Shown here: piece by piece, positions 11,510 through 23,099 of the stretch | Numbering within the stretch: the stretch's first letter is position 1 | How the letters are laid out: every line of letters begins with the position of its first letter | Assembly (NCBI RefSeq): GCF_000315625.1 | Contig: NW_005434514.1 | Location: forward strand, 70,740 to 125,370 | DNA from: Guillardia theta CCMP2712 | Taxonomy: Eukaryota > Protista > Cryptophyta | Length of the DNA: 54,631 nt | Reading direction: 5' to 3' | Program-made: the position numbers and the translations under genes | The notes under the pieces: generated by a model | Told to the model about the DNA's origin: nothing | Seen by the model: only the letters and a program-made list of their open reading frames with translations | Database searches by the model: none

Positions 11510-13423
11510 TCAAAGATGCTCCTGCAGCGCTGAAGGGAGGACAGATACATCCCCAGTCAGAATCTGCTTCCACGTCAGTCACAATCTCTTCCACCTCTCT
11601 CCCTGTCTCTCTGCCTGCCTGGCTGCCTTTCCCCTCCTTCCCCCTCCCCCTCCCCCTCTCCCTCTCCCTCTCCCTCCCTCCCTCCCCCCTCCCTCCCTCC
11701 GCCCCTTGCTGCCTCCTCCTCGTCTGACCGCTTCTGCAAGTTTCTCCGCCAGCAGCGCGTGGTGTATCAGCCCCCTGCATGCCGTCATCAGCTCCTTCCC
11801 TACCGGGAGAAGTTTTACCGGGAGCCGAGCCCAGTACAGAGCCACACGGGCCTCGACACCCCAGCGACGTCGAGGAGCCTGGGGGGGGGGGGGGTGGTCA
11901 GCAGCGTGAGGGAGGCAGTAGCGGATTGACGTACCTCCCGCACATTGGGATGGAGCCTTCCGGTCCTCGGGGAGGAGAAGCTTTCACGCCCACCACAGCT
12001 CGGGCTGGGTACCAGGCGTCTGATTGCAGCGGCTGAAACAGCGTGCAGAGCTCGTGGTAGATGTTGTCTGCGGACAAGAGATGAGGCTGGCTTCATGGAG
12101 GAGGAGGAGGAGGAGGAGGAGGAGGAGGAGGAGGAGGAGGAGGAGGAGGAAGAGGAGGAGGAGGAGGAGGAGGAAGAGGAGGAGGAGGAGGATTGTCACC
12201 TAGGGCAGAAGTTACATTGGACTCCCTGTTCCATATATCCACGTTCTCTTGTGTGGCCCCACAGATCAGTTGATCAGGGCTAAGATCAAGCCCTCTTCCT
12301 CCTGCCTCCGAGACGAATGGCACTACGTATCGTCCTGATATCACAGGGACCTGAAGCCTCCCGGGATCGCTCTTGCTGCGACTGCAGTCATATAGAGTTA
12401 AACAACTCCAGCCAGCCACCTGCTCTCGTTCCTCAAGAACACGATGTTCTGCGCCTTCACCGGCTTGATCGGCAGCTCCTCCAGCTCTTTGATCCGGATG
12501 CTCCCTGCTCGTCGACGGATGTCAAGGTGACTCACAACCCCTCTGTTTCCCTCACCTGCTCCCGCGCACACCACCAGCTCGTCTGCCTGCTGAAGGTCCA
12601 GCTGGGCGAGACTTTCGACTCTCTCCCGTCGCCACGTCACGTTCCCGAGGGACTGACAAGCGCGAAGCAGCGCCCGAGCATAGACCGGCCCCCGCACCGC
12701 CATGCCGCTCTTGACGAGCAGAGCATGGCTCACGTTCTCCGAAGGCCCCCGGTACTCGCTCTGGTCCACCTCCTTCAGCTCGACCTCAGCAGGGAACATG
12801 GCGGCAGACTTCTTGTAGTCCTCGAGCTGCTTCTTCCCTTTGGTCACCACCCTCAAGATCCCCCTCCCCTCCCCGTTGAAGAAGACCTCCTCCTCGGAGA
12901 ACTGCTGCGCTACTCTTAGCAGCCTCCTGGTAGCCTCCATTCCCTCGTCTCCCTTCCATAGCTTCTTCCCCCTCGGAGTGAGGGGATGCAGCAGCCCTGC
13001 CATGGCCCCTGTCGCGCCTCCCTGCCCCACGTCCTGCTCGTCGACTATCACACAGTCTACCTTGCCCGAAGACATTCTGAGAATGTTATAGGTGATCGCA
13101 AGACCCACCATCCCTCCTCCGACGAGCACGATCCTCTTGTGCGCCCCCTCCTCGCATGCAGCAACTATACGAAAGGCTCTTGTACCAGTCCTCTGGGCAG
13201 ATAAGGATTTCGTAGCTGTTGGATTGTGGACAGACTGGAACGTCAAGGGAAAATGGCAGGGAGCAGGGAGAGGTTTGGAGGGATGTGGAGAAGTGGATGG
13301 TATGAAGGAGGGACGAGGGTGAAAGTATGAACAGAAACATGTTGAAGGTGACCTTGAGGAGGAGGAGGAGGAGGAGGAAGGGGGGAGGAGCAGGAGCAGG
13401 AGCAGGAGGGCTTGTGTAGCCAT
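11510..13423 (-). CDS. FAD-dependent oxidoreductase (DAO/glycine oxidase/MnmC-like family) with a probable bipartite plastid leader
   Basis: Rossmann motif IVLVGGGMVG, then GATGAMAGLLHP and LICGATQE. The spliced C-terminus reads TGLGSR|GLIHHALLAEKLAEA|ILTGDVSVLPSALQEHL*. The N-terminus is MATQALLLLLLLL followed by a Ser/Pro-rich segment. Confidence 0.85.
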
Positions 13424-13955
13424 CGTCCCCCACGGATTCTTGGTTGGGGGTGACTATGACAGAGGGGGTAGAAGAAGGGAATAGAAGGGGTGGGGGTGAT
13501 CGATGCGGCCAATGAGGGGAGCAAGGATGACTAAGGAAGTCGATGGGGAGAGGAGAGGAGAGGAGAGGAGAGGAGAGGAGAGGAGAGGAGAGGAGAGGAG
13601 AGGAGAGGAGAGGAGGAGGGGNNNNNNNNNNNNNNNNNNNNNNNNNNNNNNNNNNNNNNNNNNNNNNNNNNNNNNNNNNNNNNNNNNNNNNNNNNNNNNN
13701 NNNNNNNNNNNNNNNNNNNNNAGGGGAGGGGAGAGGAGAGGAGAGGAGAAGATGGTAGAATGAGGGAGGAGAATGGAGCTGTGACATAGAAAGGAGAGGG
13801 AGAGGTGTGTGTTTGGGGAGAGGGGGGATAGAGGAAAGGAGGATATTCGATAGATGGAAGATGAGGGGAGGGGAGGTAGGTTGACAGTGAGGACAGGAAA
13901 TGAGAGGAGGAGGAAGAATCGCCTGGAGGACGGGGAAGATGATTGCTGAGGTAGG

Positions 13956-16900
13956 ATGAAGATGTCTATCGATCAAGACAGCACAAGGTGCCTACGAACC
14001 CTCTCCCTTCCTCAAAGTCAAGTGTACTCATTCATGCGGATAGGGCGCTGCGGATCTTTATGATTTGCTTCCTAGCCTTGTCCCTGAATGCCGGGGGCAA
14101 GGAGCCTAGTCGCTCTTTCCTTCCTTTGCAGGCCGGACATGGCATGAGAGCCAGCGCTGCAGGAGGAGGAGCGCCGATGTGCACATGCTGTGACCTGCGG
14201 CTGCGAGGGGGGAAGGAAATGAAGGATAGGAAGATGAAGAAAGGGGATCGAGGAGAGAAGTCAAAGAGGTAACATGAAATGAGTTTATAGCGGTGGTGAA
14301 GATGTTTCTTGATGATGATGTCGTCTAGGAAGGAAAGTTCTCCGAAAACATACGAGAATCCTGTTATTCAAGCTAAGATAGACAAGAAACGATCCATGAG
14401 GAAACCGAAGGGGCCCGAGACAAAGTCACAGGTTGGCTTGTTGTGCCCAGCATCTTTGTGATGTTGGACGATGAAGGCAAGAAGGCGTATGAAGGAAGAA
14501 GCGAGGAAGAAAATGAAGTTGAGCAACAAGAAGACGAACCTTCGCAGTCTAGGTCAAACTCCTTGTAGAATCGAGAGTCCAACTGATCGCTTCCTTTAGA
14601 GCTGAATTCAAGCTTTCCGAGGTAGGTGGCCAGAATCTCCCTCGATCTCATATATCTATCAACTCCGTTTTCTCCCTCTCAACTCCTAACCATCGAAACA
14701 ACCCCTCCTTTTCATCACCACCATCATCATCAACATCATAATCATAATCACCAACACCACCACCACCACCACCACCACCACCACCATGGTACCTTCATCA
14801 TCATCATCATCTCCTCCTCCTCCTCCACCACCACCTCCTCCTCCTCATTCCCTATCATCACGTCCATCATCGTCGTTATGGTCCGTACTTGCTATTTAAT
14901 TGAAAATGCATCAGGATAGCAGGCAGGAACTGGACATTGAAGACAGGTAAGCTTTCATCAGTATCCGCTTCAAGCCATGTTTTGATTGCCTTCAATTCCT
15001 TGAAGGCTCCAACATGTCTCAAGCTCTTCCTCGCAAGTCAATCTTGACTCTGTTCTGGGATCCCTTCGAACAGGTTGGCCTGTACTGCATGGGTTGTGCT
15101 TTTCTTGACGTTGTGACTGCTGGACAGCGCAACGACATCTGCTCGCCAAATATCAAGACAAGACAGAAAGCGCAAGCCAGGTGAAGGGGGAGAGCGGGCA
15201 AGTAGCGAGGAGAAGAGCCAGTGAAAGTTCATCTTGATCAGACTTGTTCGGATTCTGTCGGACGTTTGTCTTGAAAGTCGCAACGAGACATCTCCCAAAG
15301 GAAGCAACTCGAGCTCCATGGAGCTGGTAAGAGAGTGCGACGTGACATGAAGCTTGTAAGGCTTTTTCCTCCTCTTAGGTTGAGTCCTTCCCGGACTTGT
15401 TGTACGCATGTGAGAGGCTCGTGAAGGGCCTGACTTCTCCCACCCAGTCGTCGTATGAGGTGAGAAAGGGTCGAGGTTATGAGCTGGGAGGTCCATGGGG
15501 TAGAGGTTATGAGCTGGGGTGGTGTTTATGAGCTGAGAGGGTGAAGTTTGAATCGGCAGGGCTTTATGGAGATGTTGGGAAAAATGCTTCGGCACTTCAA
15601 CGGGAGCAAAAAGAGTTTGGCAATCTTTCAACCTTCATACCTGCTGTCACTAGTAGACAAGCTCTTGCATCCTAGCGAGGTCAGTCAATCCCTTTAAGAC
15701 ACTTTCAAGTCTTAGATTCCGTATTGTAGAGAGAGAAAGACCCAACTGTATTGGCAACTGGTAGGGTGCGAGCAGGTCTGTTCTTTTTGTTCCTTTTTCT
15801 TCTATGTTACCTTCTCTTCTCTTCTCGTCTCTTCTCTTCTCTTCNNNNNNNNNNNNNNNNNNNNNNNNNNNNNNNNNNNNNNNNNNNNNNNNNNNNNNNN
15901 NNNNNNNNNNNNNNNNNNNNNNNNNNNNNNNNNNNNNNNNNNNNTCTTCTCTTCTCTTCTCTTCTCTTCTCTTCTCTTCTCTTCTCGTCTCCTCGATTCC
16001 GTTTTCTTTTCTTACTGACAACAAACAGTTTTGGTGTTATGCAATTGCTGGGATGATTGTTTCAAAGAAGATTTAAATGCAATCGGTGTGTGAAATCTTT
16101 TGCCTATAATAATCGCATTTATGCTCACTTGTGAACAAGCTTCCAAATCCCTGCTGGAGATCCTGCAATCAGTTCCTCTAATAGGATGGAACAAGTTGGA
16201 ATATCAAAGGATTTCCTTGTGTGCTCACTCGTTTCTGCAGGCCAATATCACTTGCTGCTCTGGGAACGATTGATAAAATTCTGCCGTCGTTGGACAAGAA
16301 ACACTTCCGGAAGAAGTTTGTAGTCTACTTTACAGCATGTCATCGTTGATTTCATTCCTCAGCCTCCTCCCGAGCATCTGCAAAGGGGTATCCCAGTTGA
16401 GCACAAAGGTGATTTCTTTTTGCGATTTGACGCCGAAGATTTGGAATGCTCAACCTTGCGATCATGTCATTGGTTGATATTGTGCATGATTGTCATTGTT
16501 TGATACTTCTGACTGATTGTTGTTCATTGCTACGTCTCAAATCATGTCACATGTTGATACATCTCATGTTTCAACCTTGCTCCTTGCTCTTTCCTCGATG
16601 GACTTTCCATGACATCTTTCCTGCCCACAGATCGACCTCGACGTTCCTCTCCTTCTCCTCATCATCGCGCTAGAGCGGCACGGACTTGAAAATGACGAGC
16701 TCAAGAAGCAGCTGAAGAGCCTCGAGGGCTTCGGGGGAGGCGGGATCCTCCATGCAGAGAAGAGCATCGTTGCCGCCGCTCCCATCCTCAACCAGGCCAA
16801 GTCTGCTGACTCGTCCCTGCATCCGATATGGGAACAGGTCAGTAGTGGGGAATGGCAGAGGAGGAGGAGAATGGGAAGATAAGGATAGGAAGGAGGGGGA

Positions 16901-19900
16901 AACGGAGGGAGGTGGGGGAGGACAAAGTACTGGCGGTTTTGTTAGTGGATCTGATTGGAGTAGAAGACGGGTCAAGTGCCAGACGGAGTCGGCAAGAGCG
17001 GCAGGAAGGACGAAGAGGAGTGGGGAACGAGGAGGAGGAGGAGGAGGAGGAGGAGGAGGAGGAGGAGGAGGAGGTGCGGGAGGGGGGGGAGGGGGACAGG
17101 AAAAAGAGTTGTAGTGTAAGGAGGCAATGGCAGGGCTACGTGGGCAAATGATCGGAATGACTGTGATAGTACAGGTTGTGAGATCGATCGCAAGTGAAGG
17201 AAGAGAGGTCGAGAAGGGAGGAGACTTGACGTCGACTTTCTCCAAGAGGTTCAGTGCACTATGGCAGCACTGCGTTTCCCAGCAGACCATCGGCTTCAAG
17301 CTCCAGCTCCTCTCCTTGTGCTGGAAAGTTTTCCCATCGGAGGTGGCGACTGAGAATGTTTCTTCCCTGTCGCTGAGAGTTGGTGCTTGCAGCGGCTCCC
17401 CTTCATCTTTCCAAACAGCATCTCCTGTATTCTAGAGGGTTCTAAAGGTTCTGCTGCGACGGTGAAGGTCGTTGGATGAGTTTTTGTATCTCAAGTCTGA
17501 CGTGAGTGTCAGCTGAACAAGAATTTGACTCAATGGATGGAAAGAAAGATCTCTGTTGCGCTCCCATCGGACGTTTGCTATCAGTGAGACGTGTACTTCT
17601 ATGCGCCAAAGTTTTCTTCTAGTGAATCTCTGTTTCTTCCGCCTCCAAGTTTTGTTCTGTTCTCTCTTCAAGTGTTGTTCTGTTCTTCCTTCAAGTAATG
17701 TGCTGTTCCTGAAATTTCTGCCTCAGTTTGGCTTCTACAATGTTGAAGAAGAATCCCAACTTTGACAAGAAGAGCCGAACGCAAGTCACCAAGTCGCTGC
17801 TCGCAGGCATGAATTCAACTCAACTGGTCGGCTACATCAAACTTGCCCTCGCTTCATTCAGCGACTCGACGAAGCTGCAGTTGTCGAACAAGCACGTTTC
17901 ATCCCCCCAAGATGTCGAGGAGATAAGGCGAGAGATGCTGGAGGAGGCCTTGAGAGCTATCGCTGTCCTCCCTTCCAACGTCACATCCCGTGCCCCGACA
18001 GTGAACGACTTTCTGTTCTTCCTCTGCAGACATTCCTTCTTCATCGGCGGGTCTTCCAAGGATTGGAAACAGCTGCTGCCTTCCTACATGCAAGGATCGT
18101 GCGAGTTGACCCTACTCGATCTAGTCGGCAGCTTGTCAAAAGCAAGCAGAAACCTCTGCGTCGACCGACTGTTCGGCCTGCTGATCTCAACGAGGGTCAA
18201 CCTTCCCGTCAGAGTCTCAAACTCTTCTCAGGTCAGCAGCGGCCCCCTTACAACTCCGAGCGACGTGGAGGAGGTCTGCAACAAGATCGTGGAGGGAGGG
18301 AGCAAGAAGATTTCCCTTGAGACTGCTCTGACTGAGGAGCAACGGAGAAAGCGAAGGAAACTGACCGAGTTCAAAAGCATCCTCCTCAAGGTGGCAGAGG
18401 AGGAGGAGAAGGGGAAAGGGAAAAGGAAGCGGGAGGAGAAAAAGAAAGAGAAGAGAGAGGAGAAGGAAAAAGTGTCATCCCCGAGAGTCAAGTTGAGCAG
18501 CGAGGTTTCACAGCTCCTCTCGTTCATCTCTCTCCTCCAGGTACCTGACCTTTCCGTCCTCCTCCGGTGAGCTGACGTCCTCCTTCAAAGCTGAAAACGC
18601 CAGGTGAGCTGGACGAGCTTCTGTCCGACCTCGCAGGCTACCTGGAGGATTTATGGGCTCACAGTAGCGTCAAGGCAGGGGAGGAGGAGGAGAAGATGGA
18701 GCTGCTGTATTGCAACCTCCTCACTCACCTCCTCAGCAAGGAGTCTTCTATCCTGCGGGAAGTTTCCATCAGCTCGATGAAGAACGTCGCTTCCTCCTGC
18801 TCGCACGTCAGCCTCAGGATCATGACCTGGGTCTTGCAGTCGACGGCGCTGCGGGGCAAGCTGCCGTTCTTTCGCTCCTTGCAAGAGCTTGACGAAGGAG
18901 GCAGACAGGCAGAGGAAGGGCAGGGGGGCAAGAAAGGGGGAGAGGAAGAGAAGGAGGAGGAGGGGGAGTCGAGCGATGCTATGGAGATCGACGTCTCCAG
19001 GTCGACCAACGAGTCGAGCATCGATTTTGATGCGCTGAGCCCTGACCAGAAGCTTGGGGAGAAGAGGTAGTTTCTTTCCGTCGTAGTCCTCCTTGACCCA
19101 CGTCTCCTCCTCTCTCCTCCTCCTTCACCACCACCTCATCCTCCTCCACCACCTCTACCTCCTCCTCCATGCCATCACCACCACCACCTCCTCCTCCTCC
19201 TCCCCCTTGCCCTTCTCATCCTTGCCCTCCTGCTCTCCATCGTCTATCCCTCTCCATCCTCCTCGTTGCAGCTTCTTCAACTGATGTACATGTTTGTCGG
19301 ACAGCGAGGAAGAAAAGAGCGAAAGATTCAGCATTCCCCTATCTCAGGCTGTCAGTTTTCTTTTCACGAATGCCTCCCCTTTGCTCTGCTCTGACCTACC
19401 TACCTCGCTCCCCTCCTTCCCTCCTCCCCTTCAGTCCACTCTCTCTCCCTCCTCTCTCTCCCTCCTCCCCTTCCTCTCCTCCACTTCAATCCGTCCTGTG
19501 AATCGTTGGCTGCAGGAGTCTGAAGATCTCCAGTATCTGGACAAGACTGTAACGATGTGGGTCTCCTCTACTTTCCTCTCCTGCGAGCTTGACTAGTCGC
19601 AGGGCGCTCTCCTCCAAGCGCGGGGAAGCAGGCGCAGGACCGAATCAGCTGGAATGGGAGCATTTCCGATCGAGGATGGTAGAGATGCTGGTAAGCTTGA
19701 GAACCTCAGTCCTCTGACCAGTTTCTCTTCCCCATCCATCCTCCCCCTCCCCCCTCCTCCTCTACTTCCATCCTCCCCCTTCCCCCTCCTCCTCTACTTC
19801 CATCCTCCCCCTCCCCCCTCCTCCTCTACTTCCATCCTCCCCCTCCCCCTTCCTCTTCTACTTCCATCCTCCCCCTTCCTCCTCTCTTCACCTCCTTCTT

Positions 19901-21297
19901 CTAACCTTCTCCTTTCCCATCTCGTTCTTGCGCAAAGCAGTTTGCCCGCCTCTTCTCACTCCTTTCCCCCCTCCTCTCCCCTAATCTTCTCCGGACCTCC
20001 TCCTCCTCCTCCTCCTCCTCCTCCTCACTACCTTTCCTTATCACTTCCCCACTTTCCTCTTCCTCCATGACTCTGCCTCTGCCTTCTCCTGTCCCTCCCG
20101 ACTGACTTCGTGCCTGGAGAAACTTTGGGTCTTGTCCCATCATTCAGACCATCAGCAAATACTTGAGACCACAGCAGCTCTACTGGAAGTTTTGTACCAG
20201 TGAGCCCCACCTCGCGTCACTTTGACGTCTTTCTTTCTGACCCTCCTTGTCAAGGTGTCACTCGGACCCTGTCATGGTCAAGAGTGGTCTACGAGACAAG
20301 ATCTTTCATCTCGTGAGTTCGTCTTTTCGATCCTCCCACCCTCATTGTTGGTCGCCAAGCTCATCAGCAAGGACTTCTTTCCCTCGGGAACCTTCACCAC
20401 GTCCTCTGACGTGTCTGATACGTGAACTTCGTCTGTCTCCTCCCTCCTCCACTGACTTGCGTCTCAAGGGCCTTGATAATCTTGAACAACACGCTCCAGC
20501 TCCTCTCCCGGCCCTCCTCCTCCTCCTTACCAGCCTTCCGTGAAGCTGTATGAAGCGCTTTGACCTTCCTGTTCGGGTGGACAGCTGACAGCACGAACAG
20601 GCAACAAGGGCCATCTTTTACACCCTGCGGTATTTTGCTCCTCCTCCCACTCCTCCTTCCCTCCTCTCCTCTCCCTCCTCCTCCTGAACCTCCTTCCCGC
20701 CCTTGCCTTGGCTTTCTCTTGACATTTCTCGCTCAGGTGTATCCCACCTAACAGCCCAGCTGGGTCGAAGGCCTTGCCGCTGATCAACGCCTCTCTCACG
20801 ACCTTCCTCTTCACCCGCAAACTTTCTCTGCATGCCGACGCCTTCAAGTACATCTTCGCTCACTTCCCGCACCTCACCCGCCAGGTACCTCCCCGACCCC
20901 TATCCCAGCTGAGGTTGACAGGCGTTTCTCAGCTCCTCCCGACGGTGTTGGCTGGGATTGCCGGCGCCCGGTCCGACTTCCGCAAGATGGATGCGGCGAT
21001 CATGGTGGAGGTGAGCTGGGAGTTCGGGGGGGATGGCCGGGCGGAGCTGACGAGCTTCAGGATGTCAAACTCAACGAAGAGAACCCGGGAGGAACGGCAG
21101 AAGCCTGGGAAAAGGTTGAGCTGAGGGATGTGGAGGTTGTCAGGCTTGACTCGGAGCAGGCGCAAAGATCGCTGGAGGAGCTGGGAAGAGGAGCGAAGAG
21201 GAGCACAACGAAAGGGAAGAGGATGAAGAGAGCTATTAGGATCGTGAGCAGGCTGACGCAGGAGCGGAGAGGGTTGGAGAAGCAGACAGGGCGGTAG
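13956..21297 (+). CDS. POL5: DNA polymerase phi / Pol5 / MYB-binding protein 1A family nucleolar factor, with N-terminal signal peptide and LRLRGG leader
   Basis: Spliced motifs match the family: LTLFWD...ICSPNIKTRQKAQARLV, LYACERLVKGLTSPTQSSYE|GFMEML, NFDKKSRTQVTKSLL, FLCRHSFF, LLTHLLSKESSILRE and HFRSRMVEML. The 5' exons join in frame from ATG 13956 through canonical GT-AG introns. The 3' end is approximate. Confidence 0.75.
19730..19885 (+). repeat. ~30-bp pyrimidine-rich minisatellite (CTACTTCCATCCTCCCCCTCCCCCTCCTCCT-like) x ~5, intronic
   Basis: CTACTTCCATCCTCCCC recurs at ~30-nt spacing inside a Pol5 intron. Confidence 0.8.
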
Positions 21298-21639
21298 AGA
21301 TTTACTTGCCAGCCGAAGAGAGGAAAATTCAACATGACGACAAAAGTTGGGGAGAGGAGCTGGATGGGATTGAGGGAACGAGAGGGAGAGGAACGGGGGC
21401 AGGGAGAGAGGGGGAGGCAAAGCATAAGAAGAGAGCAGGAGAGAAGGAGGAGAGGAGGAGGAGAGGAGGAGGAGAGGGAGAGAGGGAGAGAAGGAAAGGA
21501 GTTAGACATCAAACTTGCTCTCTCATCCTCAAACGTTGGTGGTGAAGTTTCGAATATCAGCTTGAGTTCCTTCTTTTTCCATCCTCTTCGCGTCCTCCGC
21601 GTTCGCGTCCGGTCTGGTGACATGTCAACAGGCAGCCTG

Positions 21640-22213
21640 CTGATGAAGCAGCCTTACTTGGCTTTCTCCTCCTGCTCCTCCGTCGTCTTCCCTTCCACTC
21701 CACCTGCTCCTGCACATTATTCGCAATTCGATCCTCCACCCTCTCCCTCCCTCCTTCCTTCTCCCTTCCTCCCTCCCTCTCTTTAGATCCTCACTTGTTT
21801 CCTGCCTCTTTCCTCCTTCCTCATCGGCCGTCCTGCATTACACGTCATCACTCCTCCCTCCCCCAACCCCAACCCCCTCCCTCCTCCCCCTCCCCCAACC
21901 CCCTCACTCCTCCTCCTCCTCCTCCTCCCTACCGGGACTTCTTCTGCTGCTCAGCCACAGCTTCCACGTGCTCGTTCTCCTCCAGCTGCCCGTGGTCGTC
22001 GGCAAGGAGGTCAGGCTCTTCCAGCTCCTCCTCCATGTTCGGGTCTCCTCGGAAGGCCTGCCGATGGTCAGGAGCGACGGAGGGTGCGAGGGATCTGGGG
22101 GAGATGGGCAAGAGGAGAGGAGGGGAGAGGGAGAGGGAAGGAGAAGTGAAGAACGCAAACGGAACGAGGGCAGAGAGGGGATTGAAATCTATGGTGCACA
22201 AGCAGGAACAAAC

Positions 22214-22264
<51 letters not shown>

Positions 22265-22302
22265 AAAAGAAGCAGAAAAAGGAGTAGAAGCAGGAGCAGC
22301 AA

Positions 22303-22366
<64 letters not shown>

Positions 22367-23070
22367 TCTCTCTACCTCCAGTACTCCTTTGATATCGCTG
22401 GCTTTCGTGCCTCGCAAGTATTCCTGTTCGGTTATGAGGACAAGGACGCCGGGAGCTGCCGACTCACCTTAGTGACTTCCCGTATCTCATCCCACGACCT
22501 CGCCTGCAGCAACTCGTCAGAATGGCAGAGGGGGTGAGAAGAAGAAAATTTCAGATTCAGATCACCCGCGCGACCCTCTCGTCGAAGTCAGTGTTGTACA
22601 GCACGTCCAGGCTTGACTCGCATCGACTTTGGGCTGAAATCTCCGCCGGACCCTCCTTGCCTCCCTGACCTCTCCCGTCCCGCAGCTCCTCCACCGTCGC
22701 CTCCGAGGACCGCAACTTGGGCGAGACGTCGGTGGCAGCCGATGGTCTGTCACTTGAGGCAGCGCCCGCGTCCTTCTCCTCCTCGTGCTCGAGGGTCGAG
22801 CTGACGAAGTCCTGGGGGGTTCCCAGGAAGGCTTTGACGCGCGCCAAGAGACGCTCTGCCGCTGCCATGACGGACCCGAGAGTCGTCGCTTCCTCTTGAT
22901 TCGGCTGCTTCCTGCTGTCCCCTGAGCTGGACCTTGCACGTTCGGAGTCTCGGGACTCTGGAGCAGCCAAGCCGAAGCATGCGGAGAGGAGAGGAGGACG
23001 GTAGTGGAGGAAGCGGCCGAGGAAGCTCCCGACGCTCTGGTGCTTGGAAAGTCCTTCTTCCCGACTTTTC
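21640..23070 (-). CDS. Hypothetical acidic protein, possibly the 3' part of the TPR gene
   Basis: GT-AG exons encode MAAAERLLARVKAFLG...NTDFDERVAR, RSWDEIREVTK, EYLRGTKASDIKGVLE and AFRGDPNMEEELEE. Boundaries are uncertain. Confidence 0.4.
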
Positions 23071-23099
23071 ATTGAGCTGGAGAAAACTTTTCAGCTGGG

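Noticed and set aside
14030-15631. Apparent minus-strand gene (ORFs 14373-14651 and 15038-15631)
   Set aside because: The plus strand gives a continuous in-frame exon chain with Pol5 motifs, so these ORFs are antisense shadows.
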